Below are positions 17,828-26,518 of a stretch of DNA of 52,432 nucleotides, one piece after another (position 1 is the first letter of the stretch; each line of letters begins with the position of its first letter). The DNA is from an uncultured Oscillospiraceae bacterium (GTDB lineage: Bacteria; Bacillota; Clostridia; Oscillospirales; Oscillospiraceae), in contig CALXCP010000008.1 in NCBI GenBank assembly GCA_944386845.1, forward strand, positions 1-52,432, read 5' to 3'. Made by a program: the position numbers and the translations under genes. Below the pieces are notes generated by a model. It had not been told where the DNA came from. It saw only the letters and a list, made by a program, of their open reading frames with translations, and did no database searches.

Positions 17828-18625
17828 TCAGGGGAAGAAGAAGCCGGCGGTCATGTCCAAATAGTTCTCGCCGCTGTACTGAGGGTATCTCTTCTGTACC
17901 GAGGCCTTGAAGCTGTCCCGGTCGGCACTGGCGGCGGCGATGGCCTTCAGCTCCTTCAGATAGTCGATCTTGGTCCGGGCGTCCTTCAGGTCCTCGGGGG
18001 TGTAGTGGGAGGTGAGGATCAGGCCATAGCCCCGGGCGATATAGCTCTCCAACTGGGCGACCATGGCGTCGGCGTGGGACGCCCCGGCCACGATGGAGTG
18101 GCAGTCGTGGCCCAGCATGTGGGTGTACACGGCGTTGATCTCCGGGATCTCCACGTCAAAGGCGTCGGAGGTGGGGTGGATGACAAAGCCGATGCCGCCG
18201 ACGGTGACCCTCCCCTCCGACAAAATGTGGTCCGCCGCATGGATGGTGGGGTCGAAGGCGTCCCCAAAGGAGGCGGCAAAGCCGTCGATGAGCGCCCTGC
18301 CGCCTCCCCGGGCGGAGTAGTCCACCGCATTTTCCGTGGCGTATCTGGGCACGCCGGGCAGGAAGGACGCCCCGGCCCCGTGGTAGGCCACCAGCATCCC
18401 CGCCGGCTCCAGCGCCCGGTCCTTCAGGTAGGCGGTGAGCTCGGCGATGTTGTCGCGGAAGCAGGGGCTCTCGATGACCGCGGCTCTCCCGGCCTTCTCC
18501 ACCAGAAAGACCTCGTCGTCGATGGGGTCGTTGGTCTGGTAGGCGTGGAGCTTGACGGCGCCGAAGTCGTAGATGTGCATCTCGCCCTTGGGCAGCTTGA
18601 CGGTCTCGCAGGTGTTCTTGTTCAT
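17828..18625 (-). CDS. hypothetical protein, His-rich, possible metal-dependent hydrolase; first gene of the macro-Sir2 unit
   Basis: Start at MNKNTCETV behind GAGGAGG. His motifs HAADH, THMLGHDCH, SHYT. No confident family assignment. Confidence 0.45.
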   Translation of the reverse strand: MNKNTCETVKLPKGEMHIYDFGAVKLHAYQTNDPIDDEVFLVEKAGRAAVIESPCFRDNIAELTAYLKDRALEPAGMLVAYHGAGASFLPGVPRYATENAVDYSARGGGRALIDGFAASFGDAFDPTIHAADHILSEGRVTVGGIGFVIHPTSDAFDVEIPEINAVYTHMLGHDCHSIVAGASHADAMVAQLESYIARGYGLILTSHYTPEDLKDARTKIDYLKELKAIAAASADRDSFKASVQKRYPQYSGENYLDMTAGFFFP

Positions 18626-18730
18626 GATCAGGTTCCTCCTCGGGATGGTTTGGGGCGGTTCGTCCGCCGCTGTACCCTGATCATAGCGCGGCCCGGCGGG
18701 TTTGGCCAGTACGCACAAATTTGTGCCGTA

Positions 18731-18771
18731 GTCACCTTTCGGTGACCTTTGGACGGTCACCGGAAGGTGAC
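18731..18771. promoter_or_regulatory. tandem palindromic operator sites GTCACC-N4-GGTGAC (x2)
   Basis: GTCACCTTTCGGTGAC (18731-18746) and GTCACCGGAAGGTGAC (18756-18771) in the divergent intergenic region upstream of the HxlR gene. Confidence 0.5.
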
Positions 18772-18918
18772 TTTTTGGCGGCCCGTGGGTTCACGGGCAT
18801 GGTGGACGGCAAAAAAATTTTTGCCCGCCCCGGGCCCTTGACGGCCTCCGGTCCCGTGGGGTATGATGTCAGAGGATACCATACAGGACCCGGGAGAAGA
18901 CTGCAAGGGGGCGAGGGC

Positions 18919-19287
18919 ATGTCCGTGGACCTGGCGAAGCTGCCGGCCTGCCCGGTGGAGACCACCCTGCTGCTCATCAGCAGCAAGTGGAAGGTGCTCA
19001 TACTTCGGGACCTGCTCTCCGGCCCCCGGCGGTTCGGGGAGCTGCGCCGGTCCCTTGCCGGGGTGAGCCAGAAGGTGCTCACCGCCCAGCTCCGGGAGAT
19101 GGAGGAGGACGGACTGGTGGTCCGTACCGCCTACCCCGAGGTGCCGCCCCGGGTGGAGTACGCCCTGACCGGGCTGGGGATGAGCCTCAGACCGGTGATG
19201 GACGCCATGTGGAGCTGGGGCGAGGACTATCAGAAAAGCGCGTGCGCTGCCGGGGCGGACCCGGCGGGGCGGGAGAGGACGGAGTGA
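18919..19287 (+). CDS. HxlR-family winged-helix transcriptional regulator
   Basis: [36 protein letters not shown]...[10 protein letters not shown] is a classic HxlR core. Start at ATG 18919. Confidence 0.85.
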   Translation: MSVDLAKLPACPVETTLLLISSKWKVLILRDLLSGPRRFGELRRSLAGVSQKVLTAQLREMEEDGLVVRTAYPEVPPRVEYALTGLGMSLRPVMDAMWSWGEDYQKSACAAGADPAGRERTE

Positions 19288-19289
19288 CC

Positions 19290-19859
19290 ATGATGAACTG
19301 GGACGAGCTGGAGCAGACCTGTCTGAGCTGCCGGAAGTGCGGCCTGGCGGACACCCGCACCCACGTGGTGTTCGGGGTGGGGAGCCGGGACGCGGAGGTA
19401 CTTTTCGTGGGCGAGGGCCCCGGGGAGAACGAGGACCTGCAGGGGGAGCCCTTCGTGGGCCGGGGGGGCAAGCTGCTGGACGAGATGCTCACCATCATCG
19501 ACCTGGACCGGACAAAGAACATCTACATCGCCAACATCGTCAAGTGCCGCCCGCCCCAGAACCGGGACCCCCTGAACACCGAGCAGGACGCCTGCATCGG
19601 ATATCTCCGGAACCAGGTGTCCCTGCTGCGGCCCAAGATCATCGTCTGTCTGGGCCGCATCGCCGCCATGAAGCTCATCAAGGAGGACTTCAAGATCACC
19701 CGGGAGCACGGCCAGTGGTTCCAGAAGAGCGGGGTGTGGATGACCGCCCTGTACCACCCCGCCGCCCTGCTCCGGGACCCCCGGCGCAAGCCTGAGACCT
19801 TCGACGACCTGAAATCCATCCAGGCCAAGATCCGGGAGGTCTGCGACCACACCTATTGA
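19290..19859 (+). CDS. uracil-DNA glycosylase, family 4 (Fe-S type)
   Basis: CRKC...GEGPGENED...HPAALLR motifs. Starts 3 nt after the hxlR stop. Confidence 0.85.
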   Translation: MMNWDELEQTCLSCRKCGLADTRTHVVFGVGSRDAEVLFVGEGPGENEDLQGEPFVGRGGKLLDEMLTIIDLDRTKNIYIANIVKCRPPQNRDPLNTEQDACIGYLRNQVSLLRPKIIVCLGRIAAMKLIKEDFKITREHGQWFQKSGVWMTALYHPAALLRDPRRKPETFDDLKSIQAKIREVCDHTY

Positions 19860-19870
19860 GAAAGCGGAAA

Positions 19871-19918
19871 AGAGGAGCCGGGCGCTGCTTTGCAGCGCCC
19901 GGCTCCTCTCATATTTTC
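19871..19918. terminator. bidirectional rho-independent terminator
   Basis: GAGGAGCCGGGCGCTGC-TTTG-CAGCGCCCGGCTCCTC then TCATATTTTCGG. Confidence 0.7.
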
Positions 19919-19923
19919 GGGGG

Positions 19924-20580
19924 TCATACGGGGTAGCCGTCGCCGGCCACCGTGAGGCGGACGCCGTCCGGCGTCCGGGCCAGGGACACCTGGACCTTGC
20001 CCACCGTCCACAGGGAGGTCGGGTCTCCGTCCTCCCCGGAGGCGAGGCCGTAGGTCTCCTCCAGCCAGGTCAGGCCGGCCTGCCAGGCGGCATCCACGGC
20101 GGCCTGGTCCGTGCCGGAAAAGTCGTACCACCCGGCCCGCAGCTTGCCGTCCCCGTCGAAGCGGTAGACCGCCGTGGCCTCCAGGCCGCCCACGGGGACC
20201 CCCTCCTGGGCCAGATGCCAGTACCGCCAGTCGGCCTCCGCCGCGATCTCCTCCGCCGGGGTGCCGTAGGGGAAGCCGTCGAAGCCGTCCTCCTCCCCGG
20301 GCTCCGCCGGGGGCTGGCCGTCGGCCGGGACATACTCCCCGGCGGCCAGCCGGCCTTCCCCGTCCAGACGGTAGAGGACGGTGACATCCTCCTCCGACCG
20401 GACCAGGGCGAAGTCCCCACCCGTCTGGATCACGTCGGTCAGCCGGGTGCCCCAGGGCACGCCCTGGAACCCGCTGATCTTGTCCTTCGAGCGGCTGACG
20501 GTGACCGCCGCCGCGATGCACAGCACCACCACGCACACCGCCATGGCCGCCGCGATGATCTTGCTGGCTTTTTCCTTCAT
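19924..20580 (-). CDS. membrane-anchored hypothetical protein with internal YR(L/F)DG(E/D)G repeats (paralog family A)
   Basis: N-terminal TM helix. Repeated modules YRLDGEGRLAAGEY / YRFDGDGKLRAGWY. Shares motifs with the products of 22460..23599 and 23637..24200. Confidence 0.6.
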   Translation of the reverse strand: MKEKASKIIAAAMAVCVVVLCIAAAVTVSRSKDKISGFQGVPWGTRLTDVIQTGGDFALVRSEEDVTVLYRLDGEGRLAAGEYVPADGQPPAEPGEEDGFDGFPYGTPAEEIAAEADWRYWHLAQEGVPVGGLEATAVYRFDGDGKLRAGWYDFSGTDQAAVDAAWQAGLTWLEETYGLASGEDGDPTSLWTVGKVQVSLARTPDGVRLTVAGDGYPV

Positions 20581-20678
20581 GGGACGTCCCCCTTTCCCGG
20601 AGGGAGCTCCCTCCGCCCCTCAGTATATCAGCGGGAGAAAAAATGTCAACAAAAAGCGAAATGTTTTGCCCCGGGTAC

Positions 20679-20707
20679 TTGACAAAACCGCACGATCGGT
20701 GTATTAT
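20679..20707 (+). promoter_or_regulatory. promoter TTGACA-17-TATTAT
   Basis: Consensus -35 at 20679-20684, 17-nt spacer, -10 at 20702-20707, upstream of the SPFH gene. Confidence 0.6.
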
Positions 20708-20761
20708 CATGATGCTATCAAAATGATATCAAAGTGGACGACCGAAAAGGAGGAGTCGATC

Positions 20762-21865
20762 ATGAGTGAAGAGAAACTGACCAACGCGGCGGAGGCGCCT
20801 GAGGGGCGGCAGCTGCACGATGGGGAGAAGGTCTTGGGCCACTCCGGCCGGGGCATGGTGATGCTCTTTGTGACCATCCTGCTGTTTCTGGCGGTGGTGC
20901 CTCTGGTCGTGGGGGGCGTCTACATGATCACCCCGCCCAGCGTCCCCCAGATCGTGGAGCCAACCATCCGGGGCACCGCCGGGGGCATGGCCCTGGGCGC
21001 GGTCATGATCATCGCCGGCGTGCTGTGCGTTATCCTGGGCATCTTCAGCTCCATGGGGCTGAAGGTGATGAAGCCCAACGAGGCCCTGGTGCTCACCCTG
21101 TTCGGCAAGTACTACGGCACCCTGAAGAAGGAGGGCTACTACTGGGTCAACCCCTTCACCGAGGGGGTCAACCCCACCGTCACCCAGTACAAGGCCGAGG
21201 ACACCATGGGGGGCGCCCCCCGGCTGGAGACCACCCCGGGCAAGGTGAAGAGCAAGGGGGACAGCACCTCCGGCATGCGCATCTCCATGAAGGCCATCAC
21301 CCTGGACAACCGCAAGCAGAAGATCAACGACAAGCTGGGCAACCCCATCGAGATCGGCATCGTGGTCATCTGGCGGGTGGTGAACACGGCCAAGGCGGTG
21401 TTCAACGTGGACAACTACATGGAGTTCCTCTCCATCCAGGCTGACTCCGCCCTGCGGAACATCGTGCGGCTCTACCCCTATGACCTGGCGGAGGACAGGG
21501 GCGACGAGTGCACCCTCCGGGGTAGCAGCCAGGAGGTGGCCGAGAAGCTGAAGGCGGCCATCCAGGAGAAGGTGGACATCGCCGGGCTGGAGGTGCTGGA
21601 GGCCCGGATCACCCACCTGGCCTACGCCCCCGAGATCGCCGCCGCCATGCTCCAGCGGCAGCAGGCCGCCGCCATCGTGGACGCCCGCCGGATGATCGTG
21701 GACGGCGCGGTGGGCATGGTGGAGATGGCTCTGGAGAAGCTGGAGGAGAGCCAGAAGGTGACGCTGGACGAGGAACGCAAGGCCGCCATGGTGTCCAACC
21801 TGCTGGTGGTCCTCTGCGGCAACAAGGACGCCCAGCCTGTTGTCAATTCGGGCAGCCTGTATTAA
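20762..21865 (+). CDS. SPFH/band-7 (stomatin/prohibitin-like) domain membrane protein
   Basis: Start MSEEKLT behind AAAGGAGGAG. Two N-terminal TM helices. SPFH-like core ([19 protein letters not shown]...). Ala-rich coiled C-terminus. Confidence 0.75.
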   Translation: MSEEKLTNAAEAPEGRQLHDGEKVLGHSGRGMVMLFVTILLFLAVVPLVVGGVYMITPPSVPQIVEPTIRGTAGGMALGAVMIIAGVLCVILGIFSSMGLKVMKPNEALVLTLFGKYYGTLKKEGYYWVNPFTEGVNPTVTQYKAEDTMGGAPRLETTPGKVKSKGDSTSGMRISMKAITLDNRKQKINDKLGNPIEIGIVVIWRVVNTAKAVFNVDNYMEFLSIQADSALRNIVRLYPYDLAEDRGDECTLRGSSQEVAEKLKAAIQEKVDIAGLEVLEARITHLAYAPEIAAAMLQRQQAAAIVDARRMIVDGAVGMVEMALEKLEESQKVTLDEERKAAMVSNLLVVLCGNKDAQPVVNSGSLY

Positions 21866-21928
21866 AATAGCCCAACAGAGGAAGCAGACCGCGCCGGATG
21901 AGAGCGGGGAAGGGAGGGCGACGGACCG

Positions 21929-22114
21929 GTGGAGAACAAGGACAAGGAGAAGAAGCAGATCCTGCTCCGGGTGTCGCCCACCCTGTGGAAGGAGCTGGCC
22001 GCCTGGGCGGAGGACGACTTTCGCTCCATCAACGGCCAGATCGAGTACCTGCTCACCGAGTGCGTGAAGAAGCGCAAAGGCAAGCGAGCCCCTGAAAAGG
22101 AAGACGAGGACTGA
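21929..22114 (+). CDS. Arc/MetJ-type ribbon-helix-helix DNA-binding protein
   Basis: ILLRVSPTLWKELAAWAEDDFRSINGQIEYLL fits the Arc-like RHH pattern. GTG start behind GAAGGGAGGG. Confidence 0.55.
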   Translation: MENKDKEKKQILLRVSPTLWKELAAWAEDDFRSINGQIEYLLTECVKKRKGKRAPEKEDED

Positions 22115-22136
22115 GAAACGAGAGGAGGCGGTCAGC

Positions 22137-22373
22137 ATGAAATGCCCGTTCTGCGGCGGAGAGATGGCCCGGGGCGCCCTGTCCCTGGAGCGCCGCTTCG
22201 CCGAGTTCAACGAAGCCCCGACCAAATACATCGGTCTGCGGGACAGCCTGGGCAGACCGATCCGCATCAACTGGTTCAAGATCGAGAAGGAGTCGGCCTG
22301 GTGCTGCCCGGCCTGCCGGAAGATCATCCTGGACTACCCGGAGGGGGAACAGGAGACCAGCGGGCAGGGCTGA
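22137..22373 (+). CDS. small zinc-ribbon protein (CxxC...CxxC)
   Basis: MKCPFCGG...WCCPACRK. Good RBS GAGAGGAGG. Confidence 0.6.
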   Translation: MKCPFCGGEMARGALSLERRFAEFNEAPTKYIGLRDSLGRPIRINWFKIEKESAWCCPACRKIILDYPEGEQETSGQG

Positions 22374-22459
22374 CCGGGGGACCGAAGAAGACCACCGAAA
22401 ACAGGGCGCGGGCTGTGGACAGCCCGCGCCCGTTTCAACGCAGGAAAGGAGGACCTGAC

Positions 22460-23599
22460 ATGAAACGCAGAATTTTGGCTCTGACTCTGGCGGCGGCTCT
22501 GGCTTTGATTTGCGCCGCCTGCACCCCCGCCGGCGAGACGCCGGAGGACACCGCCCCGGCGGAGACCGGGAACACCGCCCCGGCGGACCACGACTTCAGC
22601 GGCGCGGTGCTGGACGAGTACACCGAGACCCTCACCGGCTTCGGCGGCCTGCCTTGGGGCTATGTGCTGCCCCGGGAGACGGCGGACGCCCTGGCCACCG
22701 AACAGAACGAGACCATCGCCCTGACCACCGTGGAGGAGTTTGCCGGGCTCACCTTCCGCATGGAGCGCATCTTCAGCTACACCGACGGCATCCCCGGCCT
22801 GAGAGAGGGGCAGCGGGCCCTGACCATGGGGCGGTACGTTGAGACGGGCTTCCTGTCTCCCGACGACCCGGAGGGCGGGACCGCCACGGCGGTGGAGTGG
22901 TTCGACCAGACCCTGGCCTATCTCACCGGGCTGTACGGTCAGCCCGACAGCTATACCCTCAGCGGGGACGATGAGGAGCTCGCCGCCCCCCTGACGGCGG
23001 AGCAGTACACCGCCGAGGGGGTGACGGCCTGCACGGCGGCGTGGACCGGCCTGGAGAACGGGCAGGTGACCCTGCGGCTGGCGGACAGCTACGGCCTGTC
23101 CCTGACCGTCACCTTCGCCCCCGGCGCCGAGACCCTGCGGAATTCCGGACAGACGGCGGACCTCACCCTGAGCGGGATGGACGCCCCGGGCCTGGCCGCC
23201 GACGTGGCCGGGTTCGAGGACGCCCTGTGGGGGGACAGCCTCCAGTCGGTGCTGGACGGAAAGGACTGGGAACACATGGAGCTGAGAGGGGAGAGCGCCG
23301 CCTTCGGCGGGATGCCCGCCGAGGCGTACTACGCCTTTGAGGACGGCGCCCTGTACGCCGGCTACTACGTGCTGAACGCCGGGGAGGGCAACGAGTCCGC
23401 CCTGACCCGGGCGGTGGTGGACTACCTCACCGAACTGTACGGCTCGCCGGACATCCCCCAGACCCCCGGCGAGACCAACATGATCGCCTGGTCCAATGAG
23501 GCCGGCCAGCCCAAGGCGGGGACCTCGGGACCCGTGGTGTACACCTTTGACAACGGCGACGTCCACGTGTGCTTCTACGCCGCCGGCGACCGGAACTAA
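22460..23599 (+). CDS. putative lipoprotein, paralog family A (379 aa)
   Basis: Signal peptide MKRRILALTLAAALALICAAC. FGGLPWG and YYAFEDGALYAGYY motifs. Track ORF trimmed to the ATG behind GAAAGGAGGA. Confidence 0.65.
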   Translation: MKRRILALTLAAALALICAACTPAGETPEDTAPAETGNTAPADHDFSGAVLDEYTETLTGFGGLPWGYVLPRETADALATEQNETIALTTVEEFAGLTFRMERIFSYTDGIPGLREGQRALTMGRYVETGFLSPDDPEGGTATAVEWFDQTLAYLTGLYGQPDSYTLSGDDEELAAPLTAEQYTAEGVTACTAAWTGLENGQVTLRLADSYGLSLTVTFAPGAETLRNSGQTADLTLSGMDAPGLAADVAGFEDALWGDSLQSVLDGKDWEHMELRGESAAFGGMPAEAYYAFEDGALYAGYYVLNAGEGNESALTRAVVDYLTELYGSPDIPQTPGETNMIAWSNEAGQPKAGTSGPVVYTFDNGDVHVCFYAAGDRN

Positions 23600-23636
23600 C
23601 GACAGGCAGACCGACGAACGGAAGGGAGGAGCTGAT

Positions 23637-24200
23637 ATGAAGCGCAGGATCCTGGCCCTGACTCTGGCGGCGGCTCTGGCCCTGCTGTGCGCCGCCTGCA
23701 CCCCCGCCGGAGAGACACCGGAGGACACCGCCCCGGCGGTGACGCTCCCCTCCGGCGCGTGCACCGGCTTCGGCGGGCTGGAGTGGGGAGACTCCTATGA
23801 GACCCTGTTCCCCGGGGACGAGATCCCGGAGGCCGCCCGGCGGGACTATCAGCTGGACGGCTGGCCCTGCACGGCGGTGTACGCCTTCGACGGGGACGGC
23901 CTGCTGTGGTCGGGGCAGTACGAGTTCCGGCCTGACCGGGCCGACATCCCGGCGGTGCTCCGGGCGGCGCTGGCGGCCATGACCGAGGCCTATGGCGAGC
24001 CCCAGCCCGCCTATACCACCACGGATGACTGGGAGACGGTCCCGGCCCCTACGGTGGAGGATGTGGAGGCGGGAACAGCGGACTTCTGTCTCTACATCTG
24101 GGGCGGCCTGGACGACGGCGGGGTCAGCCATGTCAACGCCAGCCTCCAGCTCCAGGACGGGGTGGTCTACCTGGCCATGTACCAGTCCCCGGCAAAATAA
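23637..24200 (+). CDS. putative lipoprotein, paralog family A (187 aa)
   Basis: Near-identical signal peptide MKRRILALTLAAALALLCAAC. FGGLEWG, VYAFDGDGLLWSGQYEF. RBS GAAGGGAGGAG. Confidence 0.65.
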   Translation: MKRRILALTLAAALALLCAACTPAGETPEDTAPAVTLPSGACTGFGGLEWGDSYETLFPGDEIPEAARRDYQLDGWPCTAVYAFDGDGLLWSGQYEFRPDRADIPAVLRAALAAMTEAYGEPQPAYTTTDDWETVPAPTVEDVEAGTADFCLYIWGGLDDGGVSHVNASLQLQDGVVYLAMYQSPAK

Positions 24201-24214
24201 AATTTCTGCCCCCC

Positions 24215-24252
24215 GGCGGCGGCCCGCGTTATGCGCGGGCCGCCGCCTTTTT
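24215..24252 (+). terminator. rho-independent terminator
   Basis: GGCGGCGGCCCGCG-TTATG-CGCGGGCCGCCGCC followed by TTTTT. Confidence 0.75.
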
Positions 24253-24441
24253 CCGCGCTCCGAAGGGGACCACAAGATATGGTGTCCAAAAAATGACCCC
24301 GCCACCGTATCCGGGGGAGAGGCTGGGGGGACTGATACCTTTTGTAACCAATTTTTTTCGCGGCAGAAAGGAAGAAAAAGGGAAAAACCTGCGGAGCCTT
24401 GGGACAGAAGGACTTTCCCGGAAAAAAATTTGAAAAAAGTA

Positions 24442-24470
24442 TTGCAATTTGTTTACATAACCTGTATACT
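24442..24470 (+). promoter_or_regulatory. dcw-cluster promoter TTGCAA-17-TATACT (mraZ promoter)
   Basis: Near-consensus hexamers with a 17-nt spacer in the A/T-rich gap upstream of mraZ. Confidence 0.65.
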
Positions 24471-24480
24471 GAAAACCACA

Positions 24481-24498
24481 GTGGAGCAAAGTGGAGCG
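24481..24498 (+). promoter_or_regulatory. MraZ-box-like direct repeats GTGGAGC x2 (10-bp phasing)
   Basis: GTGGAGCAAAGTGGAGCG immediately downstream of the -10. A further GTGGGGAGG lies at 24522-24530. Confidence 0.4.
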
Positions 24499-24542
24499 TT
24501 TTAGATGAAAAACCCACGAAAGTGGGGAGGGAGGTGGACAGC

Positions 24543-24959
24543 TTGACCGGCACCTATGAGCACGGCATCGACGCCAAGGGCAGGCTGTTCATCCCGGCCA
24601 AGCTCCGGGAGGAGCTGGGCACCACCTTCTACCTGGCCATGGGGGTGGACGCCTGCCTGGCCATCTACCCCCTGTCCACCTGGGAGCGCTTCACCGAGAA
24701 GTTCGCCTCCCTGCCCATGAGCCAGTCGGCCGCCATGCGGCCCCTGTTCGCCAACGCCGCCAAGTGCGAGCCCGACACCCAGGGCCGCATCGTCATCCCC
24801 CAGAAGCTGCGGCAGTACGCCGGCCTGGACAAGGACGCGGTGATCATCGGGGTCAACGACCGGGCCGAGATCTGGGCGGCCGACGCCTGGAAGGCCCGGG
24901 AGGAAGAGGAGATGACCCCCGAGAAGATGCGGGCCTGTCTGGAGGCCCTGGGCTTCTGA
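24543..24959 (+). CDS. mraZ: transcriptional regulator MraZ
   Basis: TGTYEHGIDAKGRLFIPAKLREELG and a second DxxGR repeat (DTQGRIVIPQKLRQ). No in-frame ATG near the domain start. Probable TTG start 8 nt after GGAGGGAGG. Confidence 0.8.
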   Translation: MTGTYEHGIDAKGRLFIPAKLREELGTTFYLAMGVDACLAIYPLSTWERFTEKFASLPMSQSAAMRPLFANAAKCEPDTQGRIVIPQKLRQYAGLDKDAVIIGVNDRAEIWAADAWKAREEEEMTPEKMRACLEALGF

Positions 24960-24960
24960 G

Positions 24961-25899
24961 ATGGGGGAGACCTTCACCCACCGCCCGGTGCTCCTGCGGG
25001 AGTGTATCGAGGCGCTGAACATACGGCCTGACGGCGTCTATGTGGACGGTACCCTGGGCCGGGCGGGCCACAGCGCCGAGATCGCCCGGCGGCTCACCAC
25101 CGGGCGGCTCATCGCCATCGACCGGGACCGGGCGGCCCTGGAGGCCGCGGAGGAGCGGCTGGCCCCCTGGATGGACCGGGTGACCCTGGTCCACGGGAAC
25201 TTCGCCGACCTGGCCGATATCCTGGACGGGGCCGGCGCGGCCGGGGCGGACGGGATGCCCTTCGACCTGGGGGTGTCCTCCCCCCAGTTGGACGACGGGA
25301 GCCGGGGCTTCTCCTACATGGCGGACGCCCCGCTGGACATGCGCATGGATCAAAGCGCCGGACTCACCGCGGCCGAGGTGGTGAACACCTGGCCCCGGGA
25401 GGAGCTGCGGCGCATCCTGTACGAGTACGGCGAGGAGCGCTATGCCCCCCAGATCGCCGCCGCCATCGAGGCCCGGCGGATGGAAAGGCCCATCGGGACC
25501 ACCCTGGAGCTGGTGGACGTGATCAAGGGCGCCATGCCGGCCAGGGCCCTGCGGGAGAAGCAGCACCCCGCCAAGCGATCCTTCCAGGCTATCCGCATCG
25601 CGGTGAACGACGAGCTGGGGGCGGTGGAGCGGATGCTGGACGCGGCGGTGCCCCGGCTGGATCCCGGCGGGCGGCTGGCGGTGATCTCCTTCCACTCCCT
25701 GGAGGACCGGATCGTCAAGCTGAAGCTGGCCGGCTGGGCCAGGGGCTGCACCTGCCCCCCCGATTTCCCGGTGTGCGTGTGCGGGAAAAAGCCCCAGGTG
25801 AAGCTGATCGGCCACAAGCCCATCCTCCCTGGCGAGGAGGAGCTGAACGAGAACCCCCGTGCCCGGAGCGCCAAGCTGCGGGTGGCGGAGAAGCTGTAA
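24961..25899 (+). CDS. rsmH: 16S rRNA (cytosine1402-N4)-methyltransferase RsmH
   Basis: HRPVLLRECIEAL...YVDGTLGRAGHS...FDLGVSSPQLD motifs. Confidence 0.9.
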   Translation: MGETFTHRPVLLRECIEALNIRPDGVYVDGTLGRAGHSAEIARRLTTGRLIAIDRDRAALEAAEERLAPWMDRVTLVHGNFADLADILDGAGAAGADGMPFDLGVSSPQLDDGSRGFSYMADAPLDMRMDQSAGLTAAEVVNTWPREELRRILYEYGEERYAPQIAAAIEARRMERPIGTTLELVDVIKGAMPARALREKQHPAKRSFQAIRIAVNDELGAVERMLDAAVPRLDPGGRLAVISFHSLEDRIVKLKLAGWARGCTCPPDFPVCVCGKKPQVKLIGHKPILPGEEELNENPRARSAKLRVAEKL

Positions 25900-25924
25900 A
25901 ACGCGAGAGAGAGGAGCCCCTGCG

Positions 25925-26482
25925 ATGGCGAGTCTGGCAGAGAAGCGGATGATGACCCGGTATCAGAGCTACGGCAACGTGGCCTATGCCCCTCAGTACG
26001 CCGGCGGCACGGTGCGCGTGCCCCGGGAGGAGGAGATCTACCGTCCCCGTCCCACCGTGCGCCCCCGGGAGCGGGCCATCGCCCGGCCCCAGGTGGACGT
26101 CCGCCCGGCGGGGCGGGTGGCCCCCTTCGCGGTACTGGGCTTCCTGGCGGCGGCGGTGTGCGCCGCGCTGCTGGTGTTCAGCTATGTGCAGCTGACGGTG
26201 CTCACCGATCAGGCCGCCGCGGCCCGCAGCGAGCTCTCCGCCCTGGAGACGGAGCACTCCACCCTGGCGGCGCAGTATGAGAGCACCTTTGACCAGGCAA
26301 GCCTGGAGGCCGCCGTGGGCGGCTACATGACCAAGCCGGACAGCAGCCAGTATATCTACATCGACCTGTCCGAGGCGGACGCCGTGGTGGTCTACGACCA
26401 GGAGCCCGTCTGGAGCGGCGCGGCCGGCCTGTTCCAGGGGGCGGCCGAGGTGGTGGGCAACGTGGTGGAATACTTCCGCTGA
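25925..26482 (+). CDS. ftsL: FtsL-like cell division protein (bitopic, coiled-coil)
   Basis: Position after rsmH. Single TM (FAVLGFLAAAVCAALLVF) followed by a coiled coil. RBS GAGAGGAG. Confidence 0.55.
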   Translation: MASLAEKRMMTRYQSYGNVAYAPQYAGGTVRVPREEEIYRPRPTVRPRERAIARPQVDVRPAGRVAPFAVLGFLAAAVCAALLVFSYVQLTVLTDQAAAARSELSALETEHSTLAAQYESTFDQASLEAAVGGYMTKPDSSQYIYIDLSEADAVVVYDQEPVWSGAAGLFQGAAEVVGNVVEYFR

Positions 26483-26518
26483 GCCCGCCATACCATGTGA
26501 CAGAAACACAGACCATCT

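Noticed and set aside
24505-24546. 13-codon ATG ORF (MKNPRKWGGRWTA) just upstream of mraZ
   Set aside because: It overlaps the MraZ RBS/start region out of frame. More likely this is non-coding leader sequence containing the MraZ-box repeats.
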